Shown here: positions 17,920 to 29,687 of the stretch, piece after piece
Layout of the letters: every line of letters begins with the position of its first letter
How positions within the stretch are numbered: the first letter of the stretch is position 1
Source: an uncultured Pseudomonadota bacterium
GTDB lineage: Bacteria > Myxococcota_A > Polyangia > Fen-1088
Direction of reading: 5' to 3'
Assembly (NCBI GenBank): GCA_963723305.1
Contig: CAVRRT010000124.1
Location: 2,857 to 66,856 of the forward strand
DNA: 64,000 nucleotides
Made by a program: the position numbers and the translations under genes
The notes under the pieces: generated by a model
What the model saw: the letters and a program-made list of their open reading frames with translations, nothing else
What the model was told of the DNA's origin: nothing
Databases searched by the model: none

Positions 17920-19808
17920 CCCACCACAAACACCCGGAGACCGATCCGTTCGGCATCGTCGCCGGGTTCACCGACGCGGCCGGCGCCGCGCACACGACCT
18001 CGGACCAGACGCGGGCTGCCCTCAAGGCGGCGATGGGGGCCGATCCGCACGCCGAGCGGCCCGACGACGACGGCGGCCACGCCGTGCGCGTGCTGGTCCC
18101 GAGCGGCGACCACAGGCTGCAGGGACGCGCCGACCTGGTGCTGGAAGACGGGAGTCACCGAACCGTCGAGGGGGAGCTGCCGCGGGACCTGCCGCTCGGC
18201 TACCACCGCCTGCACCCGCAGCACGGCCACGGCCACCACGGCCACGGCGGGCAACGGAACCAAGACATCACGCTCATCGTCAGCCCCGGACACTGCTTCC
18301 TGCCCGACGATCTGCGAACCTGGGGGTTCGCGGCGCAGGTCTACGCCGCGCGCTCGCGGGCCAGCTGGGGGATCGGCGACCTCGCCGATCTGGCGCGCAT
18401 CGGCCAGTTCACGCGGCGGCTCGGCGGCGGCGTGGTGATGGTCAACCCGATGACGGCGCCCACGCCCGTCCTGCCGATCGAGCCCTCCCCGTACTATCCC
18501 TCGAGCCGCCGCTTCGCCAACCCGCTCTTCTTGCGCGTCGAGGATGTCCCCGGCTGGGAGCGGCTCCCCGAAGCGACGCGCACCCGGCTCGGCAACGCCG
18601 GGCGGGCGCTGAACGCCACCCGCAGGATCGACCGCGACGCGATCTTCAAGCTGAAGATGGAGGCGCTGGAGGCGATCTTCGCCGACTTCGACGGCGAGGA
18701 CGGCTTCGACTGGTTCCGCCGCGGCGAAGGGGAAGCGCTCACCGACTTCGCCACCTACTGCGCGCTGGCCGAGCAGCACGGCAAGGACTGGCGCCGGTGG
18801 CCGAGCGATCTCTCGCGCCACCAGGCCGACGGCATCGCCGCCTTTCGCCAGGCGAACCTGGAGCGCATCGCCTTTCACGCCTGGCTGCAGTGGCGCCTCG
18901 ACGCGCAGCTGGCGCGGGCCGCCGAGACGATCGCCATCGTCAACGATCTGCCGATCGGCCTCGACGTCGCGGGCGCCGACGCCTGGTGCTGGCAGGACCT
19001 GCTGGCGCGCGACGTCTCGGTGGGCGCGCCACCCGACGAGTTCAACGCCGCCGGCCAGGACTGGGGGCTGACGCCCTTCATCCCCCACCGGCTGCGCGCC
19101 GCCCGCTACCAGCCGTTCATCGAGACGATCCGCGGGATGCTCTCGCGCGTCGGCGGGCTGCGCATCGATCACGTGATGGGTCTCTTCCGGCTGTTCTGGA
19201 TCCCGCGCGCGCTCGGCACCAAGGGGGGCGGCTACGTGCGCGCGCGCGCCGACGAGCTGATGGCCATCGTGGCGCTCGAGAGCCAGCGGGCGCGCGCCTT
19301 CATCATCGGAGAGGACCTGGGCACCGTCGAGCCAGGCGTGCGCGAGCGGCTGCACGAGGCGCGGATGCTGTCGTACCGCCTGCTCTACTTCGAGCCGTCG
19401 TCGCCGGCGCACTACCCCGAGCTGGCGCTCTCCAGCGTGACGACCCACGATCTGCCGACCATCGCCGGCCTCTGGACCGGCAGCGACGCGGCCGCGCAGA
19501 AGGCGATCGGCATCGACCCCAACGAAGCCGGAACCAAGGCGCTGCGCGACAAGCTGCGCGGCCTGGGCGATCTCGCGGAGGACGCCTCGGTCGAGGCGGT
19601 GATCGAATCGACCTACCGCGCGCTGGCGGCGGCGCCGTCGCGCGTGCTGCTGGCGACGCTCGACGACGCGGTCGCCGCGCCGGAGCGCCCCAACCTGCCG
19701 GGCACGGTCAACGAGTGGCCGAACTGGTCGCTGGCGCTCGAAAAGCCGCTCGAGGAAATCGAAGAGATGGAGCTCCCCGCCCGGATCGCAGGCGCGCTCA
19801 GAAGATAG
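17910..19808 (+). CDS. malQ: 4-alpha-glucanotransferase (amylomaltase)
   Basis: RIDHVMGLFRLFWIP, IIGEDLGTVEPGV, TTHDLPT and NLPGT...EWPNW motifs. ATG 17910 overlaps the upstream stop. Confidence 0.85.
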   Translation: MAVAHHKHPETDPFGIVAGFTDAAGAAHTTSDQTRAALKAAMGADPHAERPDDDGGHAVRVLVPSGDHRLQGRADLVLEDGSHRTVEGELPRDLPLGYHRLHPQHGHGHHGHGGQRNQDITLIVSPGHCFLPDDLRTWGFAAQVYAARSRASWGIGDLADLARIGQFTRRLGGGVVMVNPMTAPTPVLPIEPSPYYPSSRRFANPLFLRVEDVPGWERLPEATRTRLGNAGRALNATRRIDRDAIFKLKMEALEAIFADFDGEDGFDWFRRGEGEALTDFATYCALAEQHGKDWRRWPSDLSRHQADGIAAFRQANLERIAFHAWLQWRLDAQLARAAETIAIVNDLPIGLDVAGADAWCWQDLLARDVSVGAPPDEFNAAGQDWGLTPFIPHRLRAARYQPFIETIRGMLSRVGGLRIDHVMGLFRLFWIPRALGTKGGGYVRARADELMAIVALESQRARAFIIGEDLGTVEPGVRERLHEARMLSYRLLYFEPSSPAHYPELALSSVTTHDLPTIAGLWTGSDAAAQKAIGIDPNEAGTKALRDKLRGLGDLAEDASVEAVIESTYRALAAAPSRVLLATLDDAVAAPERPNLPGTVNEWPNWSLALEKPLEEIEEMELPARIAGALRR

Positions 19809-19882
19809 AACGCGCGCGCTCTGGCCTTTTCACTGTCGACCTCGCATTTCGCCCTGGGGCCGGTTCGCTTTATCATGGCCCG

Positions 19883-21118
19883 GTGATCGGACGCCGATCC
19901 TGGCTGCTGGCGCTCGGCCTCGCGGCCGCCGCCTCTCCCGCCCGCGCGCAGACGACGCCCGCGCCGGACGTCACCGTGAACGGCGGGTCGGCGCAGACAG
20001 CGCCGCCCACGCCCGAGGTCTCGGTGAACGGAGCGAGCATCTCGAGCGGACCGACGTCGCCGACCGACGCCGCGCTCGAGCGTGTGCTGCGCTCCGGCTG
20101 CCGCGACGGCCTCCAAGACCTGCAGGCGCTCCGCGGTAATCCGGACGCGCCGTGGGCCCCGACGGTCGCCCGCCTGTGCGAGGGGATCGTTCGCCGGCCG
20201 CCGATGGTGGTCGCCGAGACCCCGGACCGCGGCGAAGCAAGGTCGGCCAACGAGGGGCGCGGGCGCCTGGTCCTCTGGTCGTCGCTGTACGGGATCTGGC
20301 TGGGAATCGCCTCCGACGTGCTGCTCGATTTCGGCGGTTCACGCGGCGCGATCATTCCACCCATCCTCGGCATGGGCGCCGGGCTCGCCGTCTCGCTCTC
20401 CGTCACCGCCGATCACCCGCTGACGACCGGTCAGGCCTGGACGATCATCACCGGCCTCGATTACGGGTCGTATCACGGCGCGCTCTGGGGAGAGGCCCTC
20501 GGCCTCTCGGACAAAGGGATCGTCGCCGCCTCCCTGGCCAGCAGCGCGGCAGCGACCGTGGTCGGCGCCTTGGTGGCCGCCAGTCAAAGCCCGCGCGCGG
20601 GGGACATCGAGCTGGTTCGTTCGGGCCTTCTGTGGGGGACGGCGAGCGGCCTTCTCGCTTACGGCGCCTTCTCGGCGCACACGGGCAACACCGACCAGGC
20701 GCTCGCCGCCAGCGGCGCGCTGGCGATGGACATCGGGTTCGCCGCCGGCATCGGGCTGGCCCACACCTTCGATCTGTCGCGCAACCGCGTCCTCATCATC
20801 GACGCCGGCGCCGTGGGGGGCGGGTTGGTCGGCTTCGGGATCGCCGAGTTCATCACCAACGAGAACAACCCGAGCGGCCGCACGCTGGCGGCAGGGACCC
20901 TGGGCGGCCTGTTGGCGGGGATCGCCGTGGCGGCGTTCGCCGGTCGGCATCTGGACGACGACGATCGCCAGGCGCGCGCAGCCTCCTTCCCGGCGCTGTT
21001 GGCGCGAGATCCCGACGGGAGCTGGCGCATCGGCGTCCCGGCCACCACGCCGGTCGCGTCCGTCACGGGCGCGCGCCTGATCGGCGCCTCGTGGTCGGCG
21101 CTGGGCGGCGTCTTCTAG
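19883..21118 (+). CDS. Hypothetical secreted/membrane protein
   Basis: GTG 19883 is in frame with track ORF 18797..21118. Signal VIGRRSWLLALGLAAAASPARAQ is followed by several Gly/Ala-rich helices. Confidence 0.5.
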   Translation: MIGRRSWLLALGLAAAASPARAQTTPAPDVTVNGGSAQTAPPTPEVSVNGASISSGPTSPTDAALERVLRSGCRDGLQDLQALRGNPDAPWAPTVARLCEGIVRRPPMVVAETPDRGEARSANEGRGRLVLWSSLYGIWLGIASDVLLDFGGSRGAIIPPILGMGAGLAVSLSVTADHPLTTGQAWTIITGLDYGSYHGALWGEALGLSDKGIVAASLASSAAATVVGALVAASQSPRAGDIELVRSGLLWGTASGLLAYGAFSAHTGNTDQALAASGALAMDIGFAAGIGLAHTFDLSRNRVLIIDAGAVGGGLVGFGIAEFITNENNPSGRTLAAGTLGGLLAGIAVAAFAGRHLDDDDRQARAASFPALLARDPDGSWRIGVPATTPVASVTGARLIGASWSALGGVF

Positions 21119-21148
21119 AGTCTAGGAAACGCGCGGCCGCGCGCTATC

Positions 21149-21688
21149 ATGCGCGCCGTGAATCCAGACGAGCCCGTCGAAATCGCCGACCATGACCCTG
21201 ACCGCACCGGGCGTTACCGCGGCGAGCGCGATCGCGTGCGCATCGGCCTCGCCACCGCGTCGCTCAAGTTCGAGCACATCGGCTCCACCGCCGTCCCCGG
21301 CCTGCCCGGAAAACCGATCGTCGACCTGATGCTGGGCGCCCCGCCCGCTGCCTGGGCAGCGCTCGACGAGCTGCGCGCCCGCGTGGTCGCCCTCGGCTAC
21401 CAGGACCTCGGCGAGTCGGGCGTCCCGGGGCGCATCTACTTCCGGCGGCGGACGCAGCAGCGTGCCTTCAACATCGCGCTCGTGGAAGAGAACGGCCGGG
21501 AGTGGCGTGACAATCTCGCGCTCCGCGACTACCTGCGCGCGCACCCTGCGGACGCCGCCGCCTACGCCGAGGCGAAGCGGGCGGCGATCGCGGGGGGCGC
21601 GACGACCTTGCTCGCCTACTCGGCCGCCAAAGCGCCGGCGCTGGCGGCGTTGCTGGAGAAGGCGCGCGCCTGGCGCGCCGCGCGCTGA
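21149..21688 (+). CDS. GrpB family protein
   Basis: FEHIGSTAVPGLPGKPIVDLML and RDYLRAHPADAAAYAEAK are typical GrpB (UPF0157) motifs. Confidence 0.75.
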   Translation: MRAVNPDEPVEIADHDPDRTGRYRGERDRVRIGLATASLKFEHIGSTAVPGLPGKPIVDLMLGAPPAAWAALDELRARVVALGYQDLGESGVPGRIYFRRRTQQRAFNIALVEENGREWRDNLALRDYLRAHPADAAAYAEAKRAAIAGGATTLLAYSAAKAPALAALLEKARAWRAAR

Positions 21689-21744
21689 GGGGAGAGCAGC
21701 GCCAGCGCGGTCGAAATGAGTGACCGAGCGCGCGGCGGCCGCCG

Positions 21745-22536
21745 CTACGGGCGCAGCAGCCGATCGAGGTTCGCCTTCTCCCAGGCGCAGGCGCGATCGT
21801 ATTCGGGGAACTGGCGCTCCTCGGCCAGGAACTCCGGCGTGTGGAAGCGGCGGCGGCCGTTCTCGCGCTTGACCTCGTGCTTGCCGTGCAGCATCTCGTG
21901 GAAGACGATCCAGGCCACGAAGTAGTCGGGGACGCAGGGCTGGTCGAGCGCCGGGTGGATGCGGATGATGCGATCCTCGACGGCGAAGCTCCCCATCTTG
22001 ATCGAGCGGCGCCGCCCGCGCTGCGAGGCGACCGGCCCCCAGGTGATGCGCGCCTCCAGCGTCCCGCCGAACCGGGCGCGTTCGAGGCGGTCGAAGATGG
22101 CCTGCAGGTCGTGGTGGCGCCCGGCGGTCCGGACGCTGAGGTGGCGCGGCCGGCGCGTCTGCTGCCGGATGATGTGCTGGTGCTGCTCGATGTACTCGCC
22201 GAGCAACGTGGACGCGCGCCGGTCGTTGTGGACGACGTAGCGAGCGAGCGAGCGCACCACCCGCGGCTCGGCGCCGACGAACATCTGGTGCAGCCGCAGC
22301 CGGTAGCCATCCGACTTCCGGCGCACGGAGATCATGCTGTAATGATTGTTGGTGAGCCGCAGCTCCAGCGTCTTACCCGGCGGCAGGTAGAGCGCCAGCG
22401 CGGCGGCCATCCGGTCGGTGGTCTGCTCGAGCGTCGGCGCCAGGCGCACCTCGTGCGCGGCGGCTTCGCGGCGCAATGCGCGCCGGGAGCGGCTGCCAAC
22501 CTGCCCGGCGGGCGCAGCGTCCGCCCCGAACGGCAA
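21745..22536 (-). CDS. YgjP/DUF45-like (SprT-like) zinc-metallopeptidase-fold protein
   Basis: HEMLH zinc motif near the C-terminus, followed by FHTPEFLAEERQFPEY. Overall 263-aa layout resembles DUF45. Confidence 0.5.
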   Translation of the reverse strand: MPFGADAAPAGQVGSRSRRALRREAAAHEVRLAPTLEQTTDRMAAALALYLPPGKTLELRLTNNHYSMISVRRKSDGYRLRLHQMFVGAEPRVVRSLARYVVHNDRRASTLLGEYIEQHQHIIRQQTRRPRHLSVRTAGRHHDLQAIFDRLERARFGGTLEARITWGPVASQRGRRRSIKMGSFAVEDRIIRIHPALDQPCVPDYFVAWIVFHEMLHGKHEVKRENGRRRFHTPEFLAEERQFPEYDRACAWEKANLDRLLRP

Positions 22537-22870
22537 CGAGAGCTGCCTCGTGGGGGAACCGCGGTCGGACCGGCGGAGAGCGCCGGGGGAGCGGACCCGG
22601 ACCCCTCGAGGGTCTTCGCGTCCAAGGGGTGGAAAAGGGACGGAGCGCCGGTCAGGGGGGACGTCGGGGGACGCTTCAAGTGGGCCTCGCTATCAGCATG
22701 CTCCCTCGGTTGAGCGGGGAAAAGCCTATCAACCCCGGGGCGCTCACGCAAAATAGCTACGTGTCCGCCGTTATTTGACTTTACCTGTGAATAACTGATA
22801 CCGGCCAGCGCAATTCCGGCGTTTATTGCGCGTTTGATGCGCCTGCCGCGACCGCATAGTGTAGTTGCGG

Positions 22871-23557
22871 ATGAAGGTCGACGTTCTGTATTTCGCCGTG
22901 CTGCGCGAGCGAATCCGGCTCGACCATGAGACGGTCGAGCTCGGATCGGGTGCGCGGGTTGGTGACGCGCGCGCGCTGATCGCGGCGCGGCATCCGTCGG
23001 TGGCGGCGCTCTTGCCGCAGGTGCAGATCGCCGTCAACCGCGCGGTGACCACCGACGCGCAGGCCCTGGCCGAAGGCGACGAGCTGGCGTTTCTTCCCCC
23101 GGTGGCCGGCGGCGCCGGTGGCAACGCTGGATCGCCGCCGCCGCCCGTCCGGATCTCGGCCGAGCCGGTGACGATCGACGCGGCGGTCGAAGCGATCGCG
23201 GGCGGCGATGCCGGCGCGGTCGTCACCTTCGCGGGGATCGTCCGGCGGCGAGGGCACCACCTCCCCGACGTCGTGCGGCTCGAGTACGAGGCCTACCGGG
23301 AGATGGCCGAGGCGGTGCTGGGCGAGATCGCGGGCGAGATCGAGCGCGAATGGCCCGGCGTGCGGATCGCCATCCACCACCGGATCGGCGCGCTGTCCGT
23401 CGGCGAGGCGGCAGTCGCCATCGCCGCGGCGGCGCAACACCGGGCGCCCGCCTTCGAAGCCTGCCGCGCCGCCATCGACCGGCTGAAGCTGCGCGCGCCG
23501 ATCTGGAAAAAGGAGATCGGCGAGAGCGGCGAAGCCTGGGTCGGCCTGGGCGCGTAG
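22871..23557 (+). CDS. moaDE: Fused molybdopterin synthase small and large subunits (MoaD-MoaE)
   Basis: N-terminal MKVDVLYFAVLRE...LAFLPPVAGG is MoaD with its terminal GG. A short Gly/Pro linker follows, then MoaE (GAVVTFAGIVR, IAIHHRIG, PIWKKE). The track ORF starts at TTG 22865; ATG 22871 is preferred. Confidence 0.8.
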   Translation: MKVDVLYFAVLRERIRLDHETVELGSGARVGDARALIAARHPSVAALLPQVQIAVNRAVTTDAQALAEGDELAFLPPVAGGAGGNAGSPPPPVRISAEPVTIDAAVEAIAGGDAGAVVTFAGIVRRRGHHLPDVVRLEYEAYREMAEAVLGEIAGEIEREWPGVRIAIHHRIGALSVGEAAVAIAAAAQHRAPAFEACRAAIDRLKLRAPIWKKEIGESGEAWVGLGA

Positions 23558-23595
23558 ACAGAGGCATCCCGGGGCGATAGCCGCAACCGCCGTCG

Positions 23596-24609
<1,014 letters not shown>

Positions 24610-25998
24610 CCCGGCGCCGGGCGCGGCGCTACTGCTGCTCGTGCTGTCCCTCGGGCAGAGGCGGAGGCGGAGGTGAAGGCGGAGGGGACGAGGGCGAAGG
24701 GGACGAGGGCGAAGGCGAAGGAGGAGACTGCTCGGTGGACCCGGCCGGCGATCCGTCAGCGACGGCCGTACCGGCCGGGAGAGGGGCCGGCCCATGCCAC
24801 GCCCCGCTTGGCGGTGGTGGCGGCGGCGGCGGTGGTGGTGGCGTGGCGGTGGCGGCGGATTCGGGGGCGGAGCCGCAACGGGCTCGGGCGGCGCTGGTGG
24901 CGGCGGCGCCGGTGGCGGTGCCGCCGCGGCGATCATCCCCATGGGCGGCGGCGGAGGGGGACTCGGCGGCGGCGGCCGGAATGCCGGCGTGATCGACGCG
25001 CGCGTCGCGGGGCGCGGCGGCGGCGCGCTGATGACGGGCGAGGTCGGCGACAACACCGGCGGATTCAACTGGCCGAGCCGCCCCCCGAGCCGCACCCCGT
25101 AGAATCCATCGGGGCGTTTCCCCTGCGCCCCCGCCATCTGCAGCATCGTCTGGACAGCGCCGGCCTGCTTGAGGAAGGCGTCGGTCAGCTTGAAGCGCAG
25201 GTAGGCGTTGACCGTCGAGCTTGCCAGCGGATCGCGCAGCGTCACCTCCCCTTCCAGCGCCAGCTCCACGTCCCGCGACTTCGCCCCCACCTCCTGCAGC
25301 TTGGCCAGCCCCTTGTCGATCGCGACGTGACCGCCGAGGTCGTCGAGCCGCAGCTTTGGCAGCGTCAGCCCACCGCTCAGGAACGGATTCCCCGCCACCT
25401 TCAGCGGCGACTTCCCGTCGCCCACCACGCAGTCGTCACAGGAGAAGGTGATCTCCCCGTTGGCCTCGGCGAGCTTCCCGCTCGGCGAGGTGAGGTCGAG
25501 ATCGATCTTGGCGGTCCCGGAGAGCGGCAGGTTGATCGCTTCGCGCACGCCGGGCAGCTCGCTCATATTGACGTCGCGGGCGCGTACGTGAAGCTCGAAT
25601 GGCCCCTTCTTGTCGGCGGCGCCGGTCTGCCTGACTTCGATCCGCCCGCCGAACGCCTGCAGCGTGACGGTGGTGGTCTTGACCGAAGAGAAGAGCGACC
25701 AGGGGGAGACCGACAGCCGCGCCGACTCGATCGTGAAGCGGGTCGGTTTTCCGCTGGCTGGTTTGGTGCGCACCAGGATGTTGCGAAAGATGACGCCGAA
25801 CCCGAAGGCCGGGCTGGCGGAACCGATCTCGAGATCGAGATCCTTGGCGGCCGCCGTTCGGATCGCCACCTCCTTGGCGCGCTCCGAGGGGAAGGAAAAG
25901 TAGAGCGCGGCGACGAAGACGCCCAGCCCGAACAGGCCGAAGAGCGCCGGACGGCGCAGCCGGTACAACGTGTCCGACGAGAGGGTGACCATCGGCGG

Positions 25999-26646
25999 CT
26001 ACTCCTTCTTCTCCAGCTTGTTTTGGGCGTCGGTTTTCTTCTTGGTCTTGTCCTCGTGGACCCGCTCGAAGGCGGTGGCCGTCGCTTCGACGTCCAGCTT
26101 GTCGGCGTCCGCGGAGTAAGGGTGCTTGAGCGCCAGTCGGGTGAAGAAGATGAGGCGCGGGCCGGTCTCCACCCGCTTGAGGAAGTTGGTGAGGCTCTGC
26201 AGATCGGTCTCCCGGATCTTGAGGTCGGTGTCGTGCTCGATGTAGCGGCGCCCGGCGGGGACCGTGGGGCGCTCGCTCGACTCGGCGATCTGGATGTTCT
26301 CGGCGTGCGCGGCGGCCTCCAGATCGCCCGCCAGCTGCGGCGGCGCGTCGCCGATGCGCGCCTCTTGAACCGAGTTGCGCGCCTTGGCCTCGAGGTATTC
26401 GTCGCGGTGCTTGGCGATCGCGGTGAGCGCGTCCCGGATGGCGGCGTTGCCGTCCTCCAGATCGCTGATGTCGCTGAGTGAGAACCACGCTCCGCCGGCG
26501 ATCGAAAGGATCACCACCGCCGCCGCCAGCCAGGTGACGAAGCTTTTCCATTTCGGCGAAAGCCGGTCCCATTCGCTGACGGCATAGGCCACCGGACGCT
26601 GGAGAACCCGGCCGACCGATTCGCGAAGACTAGCGAGCGCGCTCAT
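25999..26646 (-). CDS. gspM: T2SS protein M-like (GspM)
   Basis: 215 aa, single TM (FVTWLAAAVVILSIAGGAWF). Positioned between gspL and gspN. Confidence 0.55.
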   Translation of the reverse strand: MSALASLRESVGRVLQRPVAYAVSEWDRLSPKWKSFVTWLAAAVVILSIAGGAWFSLSDISDLEDGNAAIRDALTAIAKHRDEYLEAKARNSVQEARIGDAPPQLAGDLEAAAHAENIQIAESSERPTVPAGRRYIEHDTDLKIRETDLQSLTNFLKRVETGPRLIFFTRLALKHPYSADADKLDVEATATAFERVHEDKTKKKTDAQNKLEKKE

Positions 26647-26658
26647 ACATTCCTTGGC

Positions 26659-28260
26659 TCAAGGGCACTTGGAGGCGATGGTGAGGGTGAACTGCTTGCC
26701 GCCGCCCGAGACCTCGGTGATCGCGCCCTTGGTCACCTCGTCGAAGCAATCGATCTCCTTCAGCTTGGCGGCGATGTCGTCGACCGCAGCGGCCGTGTCG
26801 GCGGTCCCCTTGATGAAGGTCTTCTTGGGACGAATCTCCAGCTCGGCGACGTCCAGCTTCACCTTGTCGGCCGGCGGGACCTTGCGCGAAATCTGGTCGA
26901 GCAGATCGAAAGCCGTCGCTTTGGGCAGCGGCGCCAGGTCCTCGCGGAAACCCTTGCGCAGGAGCTCGGCCACCGCCTGGGCGTCGTCGTCCGGCTTGCC
27001 GAACAGCTCCTGCGTCTGCGCCTTGAGATCCTTGTCCAGCGCCTTCCGCTCGGCGCCCAGGCTGGAGAACTTGGCGCCGAGATCGATCCCGGCAGCGAGC
27101 AGCAGCGCGGCCGCCAGCATCACCAGGTGCGCAGCCTTCTGCCGGAGGATGGAGAAGTTCGCCCGGTAGACGAAGGGGCCGCGGCGAAAGTCGATCTCGC
27201 GCGAGCCGCGCGCCGCCGCCAGCGCGATCGCCCCCGCCAGCGTCTGAACGTCCGAGTCGGGCGAAGCCTCCTCCTCGCTGGCCGGGTCGCGCCCGAGCTC
27301 GCGGCCGCCGCTCTCCAGCACGCCGCGCACGCTGGGGTGGCGCGCCGGGATCCCCAGCTCCGCCTCGAGGAACGGCAGCAGGCCCCCCAGGCGTCCGCCG
27401 CCGCCGACGATCAGCAGCGCGTCGACCTCCAGCTTGGCGGTGGCGGTGAAGCTGGCCAGCGTCTGCCGCAGCTCGCGGATGGTCGGGGCCAGGGCCTCGC
27501 GCAGGACCGCGTCGAGCTTGACCAGGAGCGGCGTCGTCGCCACGCGCCCAGGGCCAGCGATGAACGCCTCGCCCCGCTTGGCCTGCTCGGCCCGCTCCGG
27601 ATCGGCGCTGAAGGCCTTGGCGATGGCGGCGGTGAGGTGCGCCCCCCCCCGTCGGATGGTGCGCCCGTAGATCGCGTTGCCGTCGCGGACGACGCAGATG
27701 TTGGTGCGCTCGTGGCCAAAGTCGAGCACCACCCGGCAGGGGACCGGCGTCCCGTCGACGACGGCAGCGGCAGGGAACAACGTCCGGTAGATCACCGGGC
27801 CCGCGAACAGCGACCGGGGGTGGATCCCCTGCGCCTCGGCCGCCGCGATCAGCGCCGCCAGGTCCTCGCGCTTGGCGGCCGCTGCCAGGATGGTCGTCCC
27901 CTCCGGCCGCTCCGCCGCGATGAGGTGATCGAACACCACGTCCTCGATGGCGTTGACGATCTGCCCCTCCAGCTCATAGCCGACCACCTGATCGATCTTG
28001 CGCGCGTCGGTGAAAGGCAGCTCGAGAACGCGCACCGAGAGCTGATCGCCGCCCACGGCCAGATAGGGGGTCACCTCGCCGGAGATTCGCGAGAGCCCCT
28101 CGCGCACCGCCGCCATCTGGCGTTCGATGAGCGGCGCCTCGCCGGCCGGCACGGGAATCTCCTCGAGGCCGCGCAGCTTGGTGGCGCGGAAGCCGGCCTC
28201 CAGGAAGGCCAGCTTGATCGAGTACGCCCCGAGATCGATGCCGCAGACGGTGTGAGCCAT
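26659..28260 (-). CDS. gspL: T2SS protein L (GspL; actin-like ATPase-fold N-domain)
   Basis: N-terminus VCGIDLGAYSIKLAFLE is PilM/GspL-like. Central TM (VMLAAALLLAAGIDL). Operon position fits. Confidence 0.65.
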   Translation of the reverse strand: MAHTVCGIDLGAYSIKLAFLEAGFRATKLRGLEEIPVPAGEAPLIERQMAAVREGLSRISGEVTPYLAVGGDQLSVRVLELPFTDARKIDQVVGYELEGQIVNAIEDVVFDHLIAAERPEGTTILAAAAKREDLAALIAAAEAQGIHPRSLFAGPVIYRTLFPAAAVVDGTPVPCRVVLDFGHERTNICVVRDGNAIYGRTIRRGGAHLTAAIAKAFSADPERAEQAKRGEAFIAGPGRVATTPLLVKLDAVLREALAPTIRELRQTLASFTATAKLEVDALLIVGGGGRLGGLLPFLEAELGIPARHPSVRGVLESGGRELGRDPASEEEASPDSDVQTLAGAIALAAARGSREIDFRRGPFVYRANFSILRQKAAHLVMLAAALLLAAGIDLGAKFSSLGAERKALDKDLKAQTQELFGKPDDDAQAVAELLRKGFREDLAPLPKATAFDLLDQISRKVPPADKVKLDVAELEIRPKKTFIKGTADTAAAVDDIAAKLKEIDCFDEVTKGAITEVSGGGKQFTLTIASKCP

Positions 28261-28269
28261 GATCGTTGT

Positions 28270-29687
28270 TTATTCCTCGCGCCAGTATTGCAGGACGCCG
28301 GCTGCCTTCTCCGCCTGCGGGGTCAGCGTGAGCGGGTTCTCCAGGGTGCGCCCGGTGTCGACGATGGCGGTGATCTTCTTCTTCACCCGCCCGGCCTCGC
28401 CGTTGGCGACGACCCGGTAGACGCGCGGCGAGCCGACGTAGGCGACGCTCCCCAGCGCGCCCGCGTCGATGGTGATCGGCTTCATCCCCTGGAACATTCG
28501 GTAGCGCGGGTCGTCGGGGAGCACCGCCGTCTGCGGGCTGGCCAAGAGGCTGGTGATGGTGCCCAGATTGTCGAACCCCGCGGTCGAGGCCCGATCGCAG
28601 AGGATGCTGGCCAGCGGGTAGAGGATGGCGTCGTTGAACACCGTCGGATCGGCCGGGGCTTGGTGGGATCGGGCGTGGCGGCGGCGCGGATGACGGCCAT
28701 GACCAGCGGCGTGCAGTCGCCGCTCTCCTTGTTGCTGATGGCGCCCAGGTTCACCTTGCAGTTCGGATCCGAGGCGTAGACCGTGAGGTAGGGCTGGAAC
28801 GCCTCCATGAATCCGTCGGAGACGCCGCGCACCATCTTCACCTCTTCGATGCTGTCGTAGCTGTTGTTGTGCGCCCGATAGTGGTCGGCGTGGGCGTCGT
28901 AGCGGTAGTCCTCCGAGTTGGAGGATCCTGCTTCGGGCGAGAACATCTGCTCGTCGGCGTCGGCCCAATCGATGATGGCCCGCGCGACGTCACTGCGGAC
29001 CGCGAAGTTGCCGGTGCTGTCTTCCTCCGAGAACAGCTTGTCGAAACGGCGCGAGTACATGAGGCCCATGAGAAGCCGGTAGACGACCAGCTGCTTGCCG
29101 TGATCGGACGCCAGGCCCGAGCCGCAGTTGATGTCGATCTTGCCGTCCTCGGCGGTGATCTCCGCGTCGAAGGTGCCCGACTTGAGCCCCAGCCCCTTGA
29201 TGTTGGCGGTGTCGATGCCGATGAGGCCGCCCAGGCCAGCCACCTCGTCCTTCGAACCGCTGAAGAAGCCCATCAGCGAGCCGGCGTAATCGGTCACCCG
29301 CAGGGAGAAGCCCAGGCTGGGCGGGGTGCTCGAGCCGCCGCTGCCACCCGTGCCGCTCGAGCTCGACGACATCGTCGACTGCAGCATCTTCGTCACCTGG
29401 CTCATCACTGGGTCGATGAACTGCTGCTGAATCTTGATCAGCAGGCGCGACAGGCTCACCGCCGAGCGCGCCAGGTAGTGCGCGCGCAGCTCGTCGCGCG
29501 CGTTGGCCGCCTGGGCGGCGTCGACGCTGGTGCCGTAGGTGAACTCGCCGATGATGGAGATCATCAACGCCAACCAGGTCAGCACGATGAGCATCGCCAC
29601 CCCGCGCTGATTGCGCGTGATCGGATGTTTCGCCCGCAAGCGCTTGCGCGCCGCCACCCACCGCCGAAACCGCGGGAAGACCTTCAT
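28270..29687 (-). pseudogene. gspK: T2SS minor pseudopilin GspK, split by a 1-nt frameshift (pseudogene or assembly error)
   Basis: The N-part (ORF 28482..29687) is protein-like up to ...VMAVIRAAATPDPTKP. The C-part (ADPTVFNDAILYPLAS...VLQYWREE) lies in the frame of ORF 28270..28968. The junction is at the G4 run 28655-28658. GspK-type N-terminus QRGVAMLIVLTWLALMISI. Confidence 0.65.

Noticed and set aside
18797-21118. 773-aa plus-strand ORF overlapping malQ
   Set aside because: The first 362 codons are an alternative frame of malQ (Arg-rich). A signal peptide appears only from GTG 19883.
22537-22870. Possible Moco riboswitch or other leader RNA upstream of moaDE
   Set aside because: The AT-richer region was inspected, but I could not recognise the conserved Moco-motif core or a convincing structure. 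Only weak sigma-70-like hexamers are present (TTGATG-17-TAGTGT). An Rfam/Infernal scan would be needed.
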